Notes: generated from the sequence alone by a model not told the origin. A DNA stretch of 64,000 bases from an uncultured Actinomycetes bacterium (GCA_963704885.1 CAVPIB010000004.1:512001-576000); one strand, 5' to 3'; shown: positions 30,425-40,890, counted from the first letter of the stretch. Translations and numbers: made by a program.

Positions 30425-31222
30425 ATGCGACTGGCGAACAAGGTGGCGCTCATCAGCGGCGGTGGATCCGGCATCGGGGCCGCGACCGCCCGACTCTTCG
30501 CGCGGGAGGGTGCGAAGGTGGTCGTCACCGGCAGGCGTCCCCAACCCATCAAGGCGGTCGCCGCAGAGGTCGAAGGCGTTGCGATCGCCGGCGATACGAG
30601 CGACCCGGCGCATGCCGCCGAGGCCGTTGCCGCCGCGGTCTCGACGTTCGGCGGGCTCGACGTGGTCGTGGCCAACGCCGGGTTTGGGCTCGGCGGCTCG
30701 GTGGGCGACGTTGACGAGGAGAGCTGGCAGCGCACGCTGGACGTGAACCTGACCGGCCCGATGGTGCTGACGAGGGCTGCCCTCCCGGTGTTGATCGAGC
30801 GCGGTGGCGGATCGATCATCCTGGTGTCGAGCGTCTCGGGCCTGGTGGCCGCCACCGACTCCGCCGCCTACGTCACTTCCAAGGCCGGCCTTCTCGGCCT
30901 TGCCCGCTCGATCGCCGTCGACTACGGGCCTAGAGGGATCCGCGCCAACGCACTGTGTCCGGGCTGGGTGAGCACGCCCATGGGCGACGAGGAGATGGAC
31001 GGGTTGGCGGCCACCTTGGGCACCGACCGCCAAGGGGCTTACGATCTGGCCACCGCCGAGGTCCCGCTGCGGCGCGCGGCCACTGCAGAGGAGATCGCCT
31101 CGTGCTGCCTCTTCTTGGCCTCGGACGACTCGTCGATCGTGACGGGCGCGATACTCGTCGCGGACGGCGGCGGCCTGGCGGTCGACCTTTCCAGCACGGC
31201 GTTCTCGAGGATCGGCACATGA
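30425..31222 (+). CDS. Short-chain dehydrogenase/reductase
   Basis: GGGSGIG, ANAG, YVTSK, NALCPG, ADGG. Confidence 0.93.
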   Translation: MRLANKVALISGGGSGIGAATARLFAREGAKVVVTGRRPQPIKAVAAEVEGVAIAGDTSDPAHAAEAVAAAVSTFGGLDVVVANAGFGLGGSVGDVDEESWQRTLDVNLTGPMVLTRAALPVLIERGGGSIILVSSVSGLVAATDSAAYVTSKAGLLGLARSIAVDYGPRGIRANALCPGWVSTPMGDEEMDGLAATLGTDRQGAYDLATAEVPLRRAATAEEIASCCLFLASDDSSIVTGAILVADGGGLAVDLSSTAFSRIGT

Positions 31223-32577
31223 CACCGATCCTGTCGCCCGATGAGCTCGAGGAAGAGGGCTTCACTACGGTCATCGTGACGTCGGTCGATGTCACGGGCC
31301 GGCTCGTCGGCAAGCGCTTCCCTCCTCAGGTCTTCCGTCGGCTGCTGCACGAGGGTGTGGCGCTCAGCTCTTGCGTGCTGGGCTGGGACGTGGATCAGTG
31401 GCCCGGACCCGTGCAGGAGTACACCGGTCACCACACCGGCTGGCACGACGTCCGCCTGGTTCCTGACCTGCAGACGCTCCGCCCCGCAGCGTGGTTGGAT
31501 CGAACCGCGGTCTGCGTTGCCGACTTCGTGGAGATGCAGAGCGACGAACTCGTTCCTGTGGCCCCCCGGACGATCCTGCGGCGGCAGATCGAACACCTTG
31601 AGAACGCAGGGTTCACGCCTCAGGTGGCGACCGAGTTGGAGTTCGCGCTCTATCGCGGCACGTACGACCAAGGGCGTGCTCAGGGGTACGAGACGCTGCA
31701 ACCGTCAACACTCGCCCGCGCCGACTACACCATCCAGGCGGGCGATCGACACGAGGGATTCTTCGCCGGTGTGCGAGAGGCCCTTGGCGCGTCCAACCTG
31801 GGTCTGTGGACCAGCCAAGCGGAGTGGGGTCTCGGTCAGTGGGAGATCAACCTGGAGTACCAACGTGCGCTGGAGATGGCGGACCGCCACATCCTGTTCA
31901 AGCTGGCGCTGCGAGATCTGGCCGCGGCCGCCGGCATGGCCGTCACGTTCATGCCGAAGCCCTTCGGTGACACGACCGGCTCGTCGTGTCACCTGCATCT
32001 ATCACTCGTGAACGCGAGCGGCTCCAACGTCTTCTACGATCCGGACGGCCAGAACGGAGTGTCGGCGAGCCTGCTCCAGGCGGTGGGCGGCGTGCTGCAG
32101 CGCGCTCCCGACCTGATGCTGCTCTACGCGCCCACCGTGAACTCCTACCGCCGGACCAGGAGCGGTGAGTTCAGCGGCAACGGGTTGTCGTGGGGTTGGG
32201 ACAGCCGCATGGTCTCGTGCCGCGTCCTCACCGAATCGCCCGAGTCGACCCGGCTGGAGTGGCGGGTCCCCGGCGCGGACGTGAATCCGTACCTGGCGAT
32301 CGCCGGCGTCTTGGCCTCCGCGGGCGACGGCATCTGGACGGGCGCCGATCCCGGGGAACCGCTCGTGGGTGAGGACTACGAGCGCCAAGTGACGCCGCTG
32401 CCGTCCACGCTCGGTGACGCGGTGAAGGGCTTCCGCGAGAGCGCCTTCACGACGGCGACCCTCGGCAAGGACGTGGTGGCGCACTACGCCGAGGCCGGCC
32501 GGTGGGAGTGGGAGCAGTTCCAGGCGCCGAGCGCGGTCACCGAGTGGGAGCGCCGCCGCTACTTCGAAGTGATCTGA
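31219..32577 (+). CDS. Glutamine synthetase-like (gamma-glutamyl-amine ligase) 2
   Basis: DVTGRLVGKR, TELEF, GQWEIN, TFMPKP, GSSCHLHLS, LEWRVPGADVNPYL; ATGA overlap with the SDR. Confidence 0.9.
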   Translation: MTPILSPDELEEEGFTTVIVTSVDVTGRLVGKRFPPQVFRRLLHEGVALSSCVLGWDVDQWPGPVQEYTGHHTGWHDVRLVPDLQTLRPAAWLDRTAVCVADFVEMQSDELVPVAPRTILRRQIEHLENAGFTPQVATELEFALYRGTYDQGRAQGYETLQPSTLARADYTIQAGDRHEGFFAGVREALGASNLGLWTSQAEWGLGQWEINLEYQRALEMADRHILFKLALRDLAAAAGMAVTFMPKPFGDTTGSSCHLHLSLVNASGSNVFYDPDGQNGVSASLLQAVGGVLQRAPDLMLLYAPTVNSYRRTRSGEFSGNGLSWGWDSRMVSCRVLTESPESTRLEWRVPGADVNPYLAIAGVLASAGDGIWTGADPGEPLVGEDYERQVTPLPSTLGDAVKGFRESAFTTATLGKDVVAHYAEAGRWEWEQFQAPSAVTEWERRRYFEVI

Positions 32578-32662
32578 CCCGGGTGCCTACTCGGTTGCGG
32601 GGGCAGGTACTTCGGTAGCAAGATACCGGCCGCCGCCCGCGACGGAGCCGAGAGGGGATCGT

Positions 32663-33910
32663 ATGACCGCCACGCTCGACGGGATCGACCTGGCCAACCC
32701 CGACAACTACGTCGAAGGGGTTCCGTTCGACTGGTTCGACCATCTCCGGCACGACGCTCCCGTCGCATGGCATCCCGAGCCGGCACCCAACCACGGGTTC
32801 TGGGCCGTCACCCGCTACGACGACCTGACCCAGATCCACATGGACTGGGAGACGTTCTCCTCTGAGACAGGGGCCGTGGCGCTGGAGGAGCTGGATCCCG
32901 AGCAGCTCGAGGTTCGCAAGACGATGCTCGAGACCGATCCCCCTCGCCACACCGAGCTCCGCAAGATCTGCTCGAAGAAGTTCTCCGGGCGCGGGGTGGC
33001 GATCTATGAAGACTTCATCCGGGACGTGGCCCGCAAGGTCCTAGACCAGGCGCTGCAGGCCGACGAGTTCGACTTCGTGCCCACGATCTCCCGCGAATTG
33101 CCCATCCGGTTCCTGTGCACCATCTTCACGGTGCCCCAGGACGACGCCCCGAAGCTCATCAGCTGGGGCGACCAGATGATCGCCAACCAAGATCCCGACC
33201 TTGCTCGGCTGGTTGTCGACAAGGACGACACCGAGGAATACAGGACGCTTCAGTTCCGCTCCCCCGCTGCGCTCGAGGTATTCGAGTACGCACGCCAACA
33301 GCGAGACGCCCGCCTGGAACAACCCACGGACGACGTGATCAGCGCCCTCACGCTGGCCCAGAGCGAAGGGATCTTGAACGAGCGCGAGCTCCTGAACTAC
33401 TTCGCCGTGTTGATGATCGCGGGGAACGAAACGACGCGACACACGATCACCGCAGGCATGCTGGGACTGATCCAGAACCCCGATCAGCTCCGCTTGCTCA
33501 AGGACGATCCTTCGTTGATCTCCACGGCCACCGAGGAACTGCTGCGTTGGGCGTCGCCCGTCATGCACTTCCGTCGGACGGCCACGCGTGACGTCGAGCT
33601 CCGCGGCCAGCAGATCAAGGCAGGTGACAAGGTCGTGACCTGGTACATCAGCGCCAACCGCGACGAGGAGGTCTTCCCGGACCCCTATCGCTTCGACGTC
33701 ACACGCAAACCTAATGACCACGTCACGTTCGGACCGGGTGGGCCGCACTTCTGCCTGGGCGCGCACCTCGCTCGCCTGGAGACCAAGATCCTGTTCCAGG
33801 AGCTGATCCCGCGCTTGGACTCCATCGAGCTGGCTGGCCCCATCGAACGGATCCGCTCCAACTTCGTGAACGGGATCAAACGGATGCCGGTTCGGGTCAT
33901 CTCCAGCTAG
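32663..33910 (+). CDS. Cytochrome P450 (CYP124/125/142-like)
   Basis: GFWAVTRY, DPPRHTELR, AGNETT, ELLR, FGPGGPHFCLG. Confidence 0.95.
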   Translation: MTATLDGIDLANPDNYVEGVPFDWFDHLRHDAPVAWHPEPAPNHGFWAVTRYDDLTQIHMDWETFSSETGAVALEELDPEQLEVRKTMLETDPPRHTELRKICSKKFSGRGVAIYEDFIRDVARKVLDQALQADEFDFVPTISRELPIRFLCTIFTVPQDDAPKLISWGDQMIANQDPDLARLVVDKDDTEEYRTLQFRSPAALEVFEYARQQRDARLEQPTDDVISALTLAQSEGILNERELLNYFAVLMIAGNETTRHTITAGMLGLIQNPDQLRLLKDDPSLISTATEELLRWASPVMHFRRTATRDVELRGQQIKAGDKVVTWYISANRDEEVFPDPYRFDVTRKPNDHVTFGPGGPHFCLGAHLARLETKILFQELIPRLDSIELAGPIERIRSNFVNGIKRMPVRVISS

Positions 33911-34032
33911 CGAAGCCCCCCACGGGAAGAGCGTTGACCCCGGGCGCTGAACTTCGGGTAGGCGGGCTCAAGCGATCGTCGCGTTAGGTCGATGGTCGGG
34001 TGATTCCCCGCGCCAGGAGGCCGAGCGAAGCG

Positions 34033-34950
34033 ATGGCGGTGAAGGCGGTCGCGTTGGTCTTGTTCGCGCCCGCCTTCGCGGTGCTATTCGGATGGCTCTA
34101 TCGAGGGCTCATCGGGCGGCGGCCGGGACATCGTGAGTGGACGAGGTTCCTGGCGGCGGAGGTCGTGCTCCTCCTGATCCTGTCGGTGGTCCCGAATCCG
34201 GTCTTCGCAGCATTCTCTTTGGCCTGCGCCGTCCTTGCGCTTGGACTTTCGATGTTCTGCTTGATCGTGCAAGCGGTCCGGCGCGTTCAGATCGGACGCT
34301 GGCGGGCGCGCGCCAGGGCCACGGTGTCCGCGGACCCGGCCGAGCTTTCTCCCTTGGAGGGGCCACTCTCACCGTGGCTCTCCACACAGGCCACCGAACT
34401 TGAGGCCAGCGGCTTCCGGCAGACCGAGCAGGGGATCGACCGCGACGGTTGGACGTATCTGATCTTGTTCCGTGAGTCGGACTCGGTTGCGGCTGAGGTC
34501 GGGATGCCTCCACTGGATGATCGCCGCTTTGACGCGACGAGGCATCGAGTCGTCGAACTGACCAGCATCCTGGAGGGGCACGCAGGGGCGCTGTGCACGA
34601 ACTCGAGGATGGCGTTAGGACCGTCCTACTGGAGAGGGGAGCTCCGGCAGCACTTCCCGGGGGCGGCCGCGCCCGTGCTGGTCAACGAGCACGAACGAGC
34701 GGTCCGGCTCCTGGGGGAGCGCGGGATCGCCGTCGAACGATACCCCATCGAGCGTCTCCACCAGGAACGCTCGTGGGGTCTCCGGATGATGGCGGCGGCG
34801 CTAGCTTCGACGTCGAACCGGGCGATCGTGAGGCAGTTCACGCCGGATGCGCAATCGCAGCGTTGGCTGTTCGGTCGTCTCGAGGATGACCCCAACCTAT
34901 GGCAGCGCCTCCAAGACCTCCCACCCCCTCAGTCGACCGTTGCACACTGA
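34033..34950 (+). CDS. Hypothetical membrane protein (about 3 N-terminal TM helices plus a soluble domain)
   Basis: About 300-aa ORF filling the gap between genes; hydrophobic N-terminus; AGGAGG 10 nt upstream; no family recognised. Confidence 0.6.
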   Translation: MAVKAVALVLFAPAFAVLFGWLYRGLIGRRPGHREWTRFLAAEVVLLLILSVVPNPVFAAFSLACAVLALGLSMFCLIVQAVRRVQIGRWRARARATVSADPAELSPLEGPLSPWLSTQATELEASGFRQTEQGIDRDGWTYLILFRESDSVAAEVGMPPLDDRRFDATRHRVVELTSILEGHAGALCTNSRMALGPSYWRGELRQHFPGAAAPVLVNEHERAVRLLGERGIAVERYPIERLHQERSWGLRMMAAALASTSNRAIVRQFTPDAQSQRWLFGRLEDDPNLWQRLQDLPPPQSTVAH

Positions 34951-34985
34951 CCGAGCCAACTCAGATCGAGCTAGTCCGCGTGGGA

Positions 34986-35483
34986 CTAGTCTCCGTTGCG
35001 ATCCACCGCGCGATACATCGAACGCAGCAGGTTCGCGAGCGCATCCTGTTCCGCTCGATCCAGATGCGAGGTCAGCTCCACCTCGGCGTGGTTGAAGCGT
35101 GGGAACAGCGCCTCGATCTTGCGCTTGCCCGCAGGGGTCAAGGACACCAGGACCATCCGGCCATCGCGCACGTCCTTGCGCCGACGGACGAATCCTCGTC
35201 CCTGCAACGTGGTGACGACACCCGTCGCGGTGGGACGGCTGACCCCCACCGCCTGCGCGAACCCGCGGGTCTCCATCTCGCCCCAAACCCAAAGGACCCA
35301 CAGGCCGGTGAACGACGTCCACGACAGCCGATCGGGGCCGAGCACGTTCGCCTCCATGTGACGGCGGATGGCGGCCGACGCCCGGAACAGGTTGGAGACG
35401 GCCCACATCGCGCGGAAGTCGAGGGCCTTGTCCCCGAGGACCTCCAGGACCTTGCGTTCGGCCGGCAGTAGGTCGTCGCTCAA
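34986..35483 (-). CDS. MarR family regulator
   Basis: LSWTSFTGLWVL, VSRPTATGVVTTLQGRGFVRR, DGRMVLVSLTPAG. Confidence 0.92.
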   Translation of the reverse strand: MSDDLLPAERKVLEVLGDKALDFRAMWAVSNLFRASAAIRRHMEANVLGPDRLSWTSFTGLWVLWVWGEMETRGFAQAVGVSRPTATGVVTTLQGRGFVRRRKDVRDGRMVLVSLTPAGKRKIEALFPRFNHAEVELTSHLDRAEQDALANLLRSMYRAVDRNGD

Positions 35484-36907
35484 CCGGCGCCCTCGGCCGC
35501 GATCCGCTCACCCAGCTCGCGCGCGACGTCCAAGATCGCGAGCACGTCCTGATCGGTCGTGCGGAAGTTGACGAAGCACGGACGTAGCCAGACCTCCCCG
35601 TCGATCAGCGCCGAGGCCAGGTACACACGGCCGTCGGCCTGGATCGCCTTGGCGAGCGCCTGGTTGTGAGCATCGAGATCCTTTACGCCCTGCGGCGCGT
35701 GACGTATCGGCACGATCGAGAGCTGTGGCAACGCCACCATGGTCTCGAAGTCACCCGATCTCTGGGCGGTGCGATACAGGAGGTCGGCCTCGTGGAGGTT
35801 CTGCTCGATCGCCAGACGGAACTGCTCTGCGCCGTGCGCTCGGAACGCCAGCCATAGCTTGAGCGCTCGGAACGGACGTGAGTACTCCAGAGTGATGTCG
35901 ACCGCATGCAACTCGTGCTGTTGGTGCGGGAGGTAGCCCTGCTCGTGCGCGAACGCGCGTGTGAGGGCGCCGTGTTCGCGGACCAGCACGACCCCGCAGG
36001 CCTTCGGCAGGTAGAGCCACTTGTGGGCGTCGACCGAGACCGAATCCGCCCGAGCCAGGCCGGCGAACGACGGCGTGTGACTGGGGACCGACGCGGCGGG
36101 CAAACCGTACGCTCCGTCCACGTGGAGCCAAACGTTGCGCTCGTCGCACACATCCGCGATCGGATCGAGCGGATCGATCGCGCCGGTGAGTGTGGTGCCC
36201 GCGGTCGCGACGACCGCCACGGGGGTGACTCCTTCGGCAAGGTCACGGTCGATCGCTTCGGCCAGAGCGTCTGGTCGCAGCCGCCGGTGCGCGTCGATGG
36301 GGAGGTCTCGCAGGTTCTCCGAGCCGATCCCCAGGAGCTCCACGGCTCGTGTGATCGAGTAGTGCACCTCGGACGAGCAGTAGACGGCCACGGGCCGGCC
36401 GGACAGGCCGGTCGCGCGCGAACCCGGAAGGGCTTGCTCGCGTGCAGCGGCGAGCGCAGTCATGTTGCTGATCGTCCCCCCGCTCGTGAACGCGCCGATG
36501 GTGGCCGGGAACCCCACGAACTCGCTGACCCAGCGGACGGCCTGCTGCTCGATCTCGGTGGCGGCGCGGGCATCTACCGCGAGGTTGATGTCGTAGGTGT
36601 GAGCGAGCAGGTCCGCGATCGTGCCGATCTCGAGGCCCGAGGACCCGATGAAAGCGAAATAGCGAGGGCGCGGCTGGGCGATCGACTCGTCCAGGATCCG
36701 CGCGGCGTCCTCCAACACCTCATGGACCGGAACCGGTCCCTCGGGAAGGCCGGTGCCGAGGAGCCCCCGCACGCGCTCGTCGAGCGGGGGCTCCTCGGGC
36801 CGGTACCGGTCGAAGCTCCGCCAGGCCTCTTCCACCAGCTTCGTCGCGTGCGCGAGAACCTCCTCGCGCGGAGCATCGAGCCGGAGCGGCCGTTCGGGCT
36901 CCGTCAT
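35480..36907 (-). CDS. Group II PLP-dependent (aromatic amino acid/glutamate-type) decarboxylase
   Basis: FTSGGTISN, HYSI, ATAGTT, HVDGAYG, DAHKW; ATG 7 nt after TACCAT. Confidence 0.92.
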   Translation of the reverse strand: MTEPERPLRLDAPREEVLAHATKLVEEAWRSFDRYRPEEPPLDERVRGLLGTGLPEGPVPVHEVLEDAARILDESIAQPRPRYFAFIGSSGLEIGTIADLLAHTYDINLAVDARAATEIEQQAVRWVSEFVGFPATIGAFTSGGTISNMTALAAAREQALPGSRATGLSGRPVAVYCSSEVHYSITRAVELLGIGSENLRDLPIDAHRRLRPDALAEAIDRDLAEGVTPVAVVATAGTTLTGAIDPLDPIADVCDERNVWLHVDGAYGLPAASVPSHTPSFAGLARADSVSVDAHKWLYLPKACGVVLVREHGALTRAFAHEQGYLPHQQHELHAVDITLEYSRPFRALKLWLAFRAHGAEQFRLAIEQNLHEADLLYRTAQRSGDFETMVALPQLSIVPIRHAPQGVKDLDAHNQALAKAIQADGRVYLASALIDGEVWLRPCFVNFRTTDQDVLAILDVARELGERIAAEGAG

Positions 36908-36927
36908 GTTCTTGATGGTACGAGCGC

Positions 36928-38418
36928 TCAGATCTCCTTCCCGTCGATCTCGGTGTGGAGATCGTGGAGCACCCGGCTCGCCGGATCACGGCCCTTCGCC
37001 ACGCTCATGACCACCAGACCCAGAACGAACCAGATCACCGCGTACCACGGAGCCAGCACGGTGGGACTCGGCACCTTGTAGAACGAACCGAAGATCGCGG
37101 CGCCCGTCATCACCAGGCCGAGGATGATCGAGATCCAGACCTTCGCCTTGCTGGGATCGTCCGCGAGCCCCCGGATCGCCCCGAGCGACATCAGGAAGTA
37201 GACGACCAGAAGAGCGAACCCTCCGAAGGTCGCGCACCAGGCGAACAGCGAGAAGTAGTGCGGCAGGCCTTCCAGCGCGAACAAGCTGTTCCACCACTGG
37301 CTCGCCACGATCAGCAGGGCCTGCACCACGATCAGGAAGACGATCGCGCCGACCGGAGTCCCGTGCTTCTCCGAGACCGTCGCGGCCATGGCTGGCAACC
37401 GCCGGTCACGCGCCATGGCGAAGACGCCGCGCGTCGACGCGACCGCCGCTCCAACGTATACGGCCAGCATGTCCAGGAACACGACGACGAGCAGCAGCTT
37501 CAGAACGAAGTCGGAGCCGAACTCGCCACCCGGCGCGCCGAGCGCGAACAACGGCGCACCCGCCACATCGGGGCTCGTGATGATCGACATGTCGAACCCG
37601 AACCCCGCCACCTCGACGTAGGCGGCGATGATGTAGAAGACAGATACGACCACGACGGACAGCAGGACCGCACGCGGGATCGACCTCTTCGGCTCGGCCG
37701 TCTCCTCCGCCAGGTTGGCCGCCGTCTCGAACCCAACGAAGATCAACACCCCGTAAAGGACGCCGAATACGATGCCGGAGAACCCATCCGGCGACGGGTC
37801 CGGGTTGAACGCCTTCGCGAAGTCGTTGTCGCCACCGAGCCGGACGATCACCGACAGGAAGTACGTGAGCACGACCGCGACCGACACCAAGGCCAGCGTC
37901 AATTGGACGCGCGTGGAGATCTGGACGCCGAAGTACAACACCACGAACAGTCCCAACGCGAAGATGGCGTCCCACAGCCAGATCGGCAGGAGACCCCCTG
38001 TCACGTCGAAGACCCCCGGCATCAGGTTGTCGTGGACGTACCCTCCGAGCAGCACCCCCAACCCAGTGGTCAGGATGATCGTGCCGGCGTAGTAGAGCCA
38101 ACCGGCCGCCGCCCCGACCGTGACCCCGAGCCCGTTCGTGACGTAGTCGTAGAGCGATCCGGCCGCGTGGATCCGTTTCGCGTACTGCGCGACGATCCAT
38201 CCCAGCGCGAACACCCCGACGCCCGAGATCAGCACCGCAAGCGGAGCGGACGTTCCGGCGCCACGAGCAGCCGCGTTCACGCCCACGATCAGCGGGATTA
38301 TGAACGCGGCGCTGAACACCGGACCCATGAACCCGACCGACTGCGCGATCACATCTATCAGGCCGAGCTTCTTACCCCCGAGCCTTTCGTAGCCGACTTC
38401 CGACTGTTGATCTGCCAC
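36928..38418 (-). CDS. APC family amino acid/amine permease
   Basis: QSVGFMGP, AGSLYDY, FVGFETAANLAEET, FAMARD; GGAGGG RBS. Confidence 0.92.
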   Translation of the reverse strand: MADQQSEVGYERLGGKKLGLIDVIAQSVGFMGPVFSAAFIIPLIVGVNAAARGAGTSAPLAVLISGVGVFALGWIVAQYAKRIHAAGSLYDYVTNGLGVTVGAAAGWLYYAGTIILTTGLGVLLGGYVHDNLMPGVFDVTGGLLPIWLWDAIFALGLFVVLYFGVQISTRVQLTLALVSVAVVLTYFLSVIVRLGGDNDFAKAFNPDPSPDGFSGIVFGVLYGVLIFVGFETAANLAEETAEPKRSIPRAVLLSVVVVSVFYIIAAYVEVAGFGFDMSIITSPDVAGAPLFALGAPGGEFGSDFVLKLLLVVVFLDMLAVYVGAAVASTRGVFAMARDRRLPAMAATVSEKHGTPVGAIVFLIVVQALLIVASQWWNSLFALEGLPHYFSLFAWCATFGGFALLVVYFLMSLGAIRGLADDPSKAKVWISIILGLVMTGAAIFGSFYKVPSPTVLAPWYAVIWFVLGLVVMSVAKGRDPASRVLHDLHTEIDGKEI

Positions 38419-38458
38419 CTGGAGTCCCCCTCCCTCCGGTCGCGCCTCGCGCTGACCG

Positions 38459-39337
38459 CTATCCCGTCCAGCCGTCGGCCGGACGCTCGAACCACACGTG
38501 CACCTGCCCCGTCCCCACCGAGGCCTCGTACTCACTGAACCGCTCGCCCGGCGCCTGGCAACGCGCGCCGCCGATGGCTCCCGCCATGATCAGGTAATGC
38601 CCGAACTTCCCCTCGGGACCGAACTTCCGGTACTCGGGAAGCCAGTCGATAACACCCGCGTGGTCGCCAGACCCAAGTAGCCCCAGGACGTGCTGGTCGG
38701 CGGCCGCCGACTCCGGCGTGATGATGTTCTCGATGCTCGAGGACTCACGCGTGCGGAGCTCCCTGAACGGGAGGAAGCGGTGCGACATCCCTCCCGACGC
38801 CAGCAGGATCACTCGGCGGTCGAGCCCGGCGATGGCCTGCCCGAGCATCTCGCCCAGCAGCAGGTAGTCATATGTGTCGGCGCATTGGTTGATGCCGACC
38901 GAGACCCAGCGTTCATCACCGTGCAGGAACGACCAGATGTTCACGGTCCCGTACTGGATCGGGAGATACGGGTCGTCGCATGCCAGCACCCATGTGTCGT
39001 CACGAGCGTCGGCGATCTTGGCCAGCGCTTGGGCCAATCCGGGGTCGCCGGGCATGTCGTACTCGATCTGGCTCATCCCGCGAGGGAGTTCGTGCGACGT
39101 GAATGTGCCCTTCCGCCGCTCCTCGGACGTGATGATGTGCTCGAACGTTACGTCCCAGTGCGTGTCCATCACGACGACGGTGTCCGGCTTCAGCCGGTCG
39201 AAGCACTCGGTCTTCATGCGCCGGAGTCCGGGTACGAGCGTGATCTCCTTGCCGTCGTTCATCTCTAAGCGAACCTCTTCCGGCAGCATGATGGTAGGGA
39301 CGTGCGCCACGATCGCTGCGCCGACGATCTCACCCAT
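38459..39337 (-). CDS. hpaD: Homoprotocatechuate 2,3-dioxygenase-like (LigB-type extradiol dioxygenase)
   Basis: AHVPTI, DTHW, TSHELP, YGT, ASGGMSHRF, GHYL, GTGQ, resembling E. coli HpaD/HpcB. Confidence 0.8.
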   Translation of the reverse strand: MGEIVGAAIVAHVPTIMLPEEVRLEMNDGKEITLVPGLRRMKTECFDRLKPDTVVVMDTHWDVTFEHIITSEERRKGTFTSHELPRGMSQIEYDMPGDPGLAQALAKIADARDDTWVLACDDPYLPIQYGTVNIWSFLHGDERWVSVGINQCADTYDYLLLGEMLGQAIAGLDRRVILLASGGMSHRFLPFRELRTRESSSIENIITPESAAADQHVLGLLGSGDHAGVIDWLPEYRKFGPEGKFGHYLIMAGAIGGARCQAPGERFSEYEASVGTGQVHVWFERPADGWTG

Positions 39338-39343
39338 GTGCGT

Positions 39344-40807
39344 TCAACTCCCCTCGTTCCACGGTGCGGTACAGACGTTCTTCACGTCAGCGTAGAAGTC
39401 GAAGCTCCAGATCCCGCCCTCGCGGCCGATCCCGGAGGCGCGCGATCCTCCGAACGGAGCGTTCAGATCGCGGACGAAGAAGCAGTTCACCCAGACGGTG
39501 CCGGCGACCAACCTGGCGCTGACGCGCTCAGCTCGTTCCCGGTCACCCGTGTACAGGATCGCCGCGAGGCCGTAGTCCGTGCCGTTGGCGAGCAGCACGG
39601 CCTCCTCCTCGTCGGAGAACGGCTGAACGGTCAAGACCGGTCCGAACACCTCGTGCGTCAAGATCTCCGAGCCCGCGGGGGCGTCTACGAAGAGCGTCGG
39701 CCGGTAGTAGAGGCCACCTAGATCCTCGTTGGGGCCGCCGCCCAACGCGGCCTTGGCGCCGTCGGCCTTGGCGCGCTGCACGAACCCGTCTACGCGCTCG
39801 AAGTGCTCCCGGCTGATCTGCGGTCCGATGTCGGTGGGGTCGTCACGGGGATCCCCCTGCCGGATAGCCCCCGCGGCCTCCGTGAACCGGTCCAGGAATA
39901 CGTCGTAGATCTCGCGCTGGATCAGCAGGCGCGTTCCGGCCAGGCAGACCTGCCCCGCGTTGTCGAACTGCCCCACCGCTTGCTTCACCACAGCGTCCAT
40001 ATCCGCGTCGGCGAACGCGATGAACGGCGACTTCCCCCCAAGCTCCAGCGAGACGGGCGTGAGGTTCGCACCCGCAGAAGCCGCGACGAGCTTGCCTGTC
40101 GGCACCGAGCCGGTGAAGGCGATCCGGTCGACGTCGGGGTTAGCCACGAGCGCTGCGCCGGCCTCCTCCCCGATCCCCTGCACGACGTTGAGTGCGCCGT
40201 CGGGCAATCCGGCGTCATGCGCGATGTCGGCAAGCATCGAAGCCGTGAGGGGCGCCCACTCCGGAGGCTTGAGGACCACGGTGTTCCCCGCGGCGAGCGC
40301 GGGCGCCAGACGCCAGGTAGCGAGCATGAGAGGCGCATTCCATGGCGTGATCACCACAGCGACGCCCGAGGGATCCCAGGACGCGCGCTCGTTGAACCCG
40401 TTGAAGTCCACGTCGGCGCCACCGAGCTCCAGCAGACGGTCGGCGAAGGATCGGAAGTTCCGCGCGACGCGCGGCATGACGGAGTTCCTCATCGAACGCT
40501 GGAGCGAACCGTTGTCGCGGGTCTCGACGGTGGCCAGATCCGGGACCCGAGCCTCCACGCCATCGGCGATCGCGTGCAAGATGGCGGCTCGGTCGATGGG
40601 CGCCAACCCTCCCCACGTAGGGGCGGCGTCCCGCGCTGCCGCCACGGCGGCGTCGGCCTCTTTCGATCCCCCGCGCGAGACCTCAGCGATCGGCCGCTCG
40701 TCGATCGGCGAGACGTCGGTGAACGTGGCATCGGAGGCCACGCGTCGCCCGCCGATCCAGTGCTCGGTCGAGACCTCGACACCCTCGATGGTGGCGGATG
40801 CGCCCGT
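39344..40807 (-). CDS. hpaE: Aldehyde dehydrogenase (HpaE/2-hydroxymuconic semialdehyde dehydrogenase-like); probable ACG start
   Basis: ITPWNAP, FTGSVPTG, LELGGKSP, GQVCLAG, EVFGPV, PFGGSRASGIGREGG; directly upstream of hpaD. Confidence 0.75.
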   Translation of the reverse strand, partial: TGASATIEGVEVSTEHWIGGRRVASDATFTDVSPIDERPIAEVSRGGSKEADAAVAAARDAAPTWGGLAPIDRAAILHAIADGVEARVPDLATVETRDNGSLQRSMRNSVMPRVARNFRSFADRLLELGGADVDFNGFNERASWDPSGVAVVITPWNAPLMLATWRLAPALAAGNTVVLKPPEWAPLTASMLADIAHDAGLPDGALNVVQGIGEEAGAALVANPDVDRIAFTGSVPTGKLVAASAGANLTPVSLELGGKSPFIAFADADMDAVVKQAVGQFDNAGQVCLAGTRLLIQREIYDVFLDRFTEAAGAIRQGDPRDDPTDIGPQISREHFERVDGFVQRAKADGAKAALGGGPNEDLGGLYYRPTLFVDAPAGSEILTHEVFGPVLTVQPFSDEEEAVLLANGTDYGLAAILYTGDRERAERVSARLVAGTVWVNCFFVRDLNAPFGGSRASGIGREGGIWSFDFYADVKNVCTAPWNEGS

Positions 40808-40847
40808 GCAGCTACCTCCCGTCAGGATGGGTCGAACGTCGCCCGGT

Positions 40848-40890
40848 CGTTCGGGAGCGAACGGTATGGCGACCCGCCGCGGCCTGTCAA
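40848..40890 (-). promoter_or_regulatory. SigA-type promoter (TTGACA-18-TACCGT) with overlapping inverted repeat CGTTCG-N4-CGAACG
   Basis: TGTCAA at 40885-40890 and ACGGTA at 40861-40866 on +; palindrome at 40848-40863. Confidence 0.65.

Noticed and set aside
28457-32577. Calling the GS-like genes glnA
   Set aside because: Flap Glu absent and the context is catabolic
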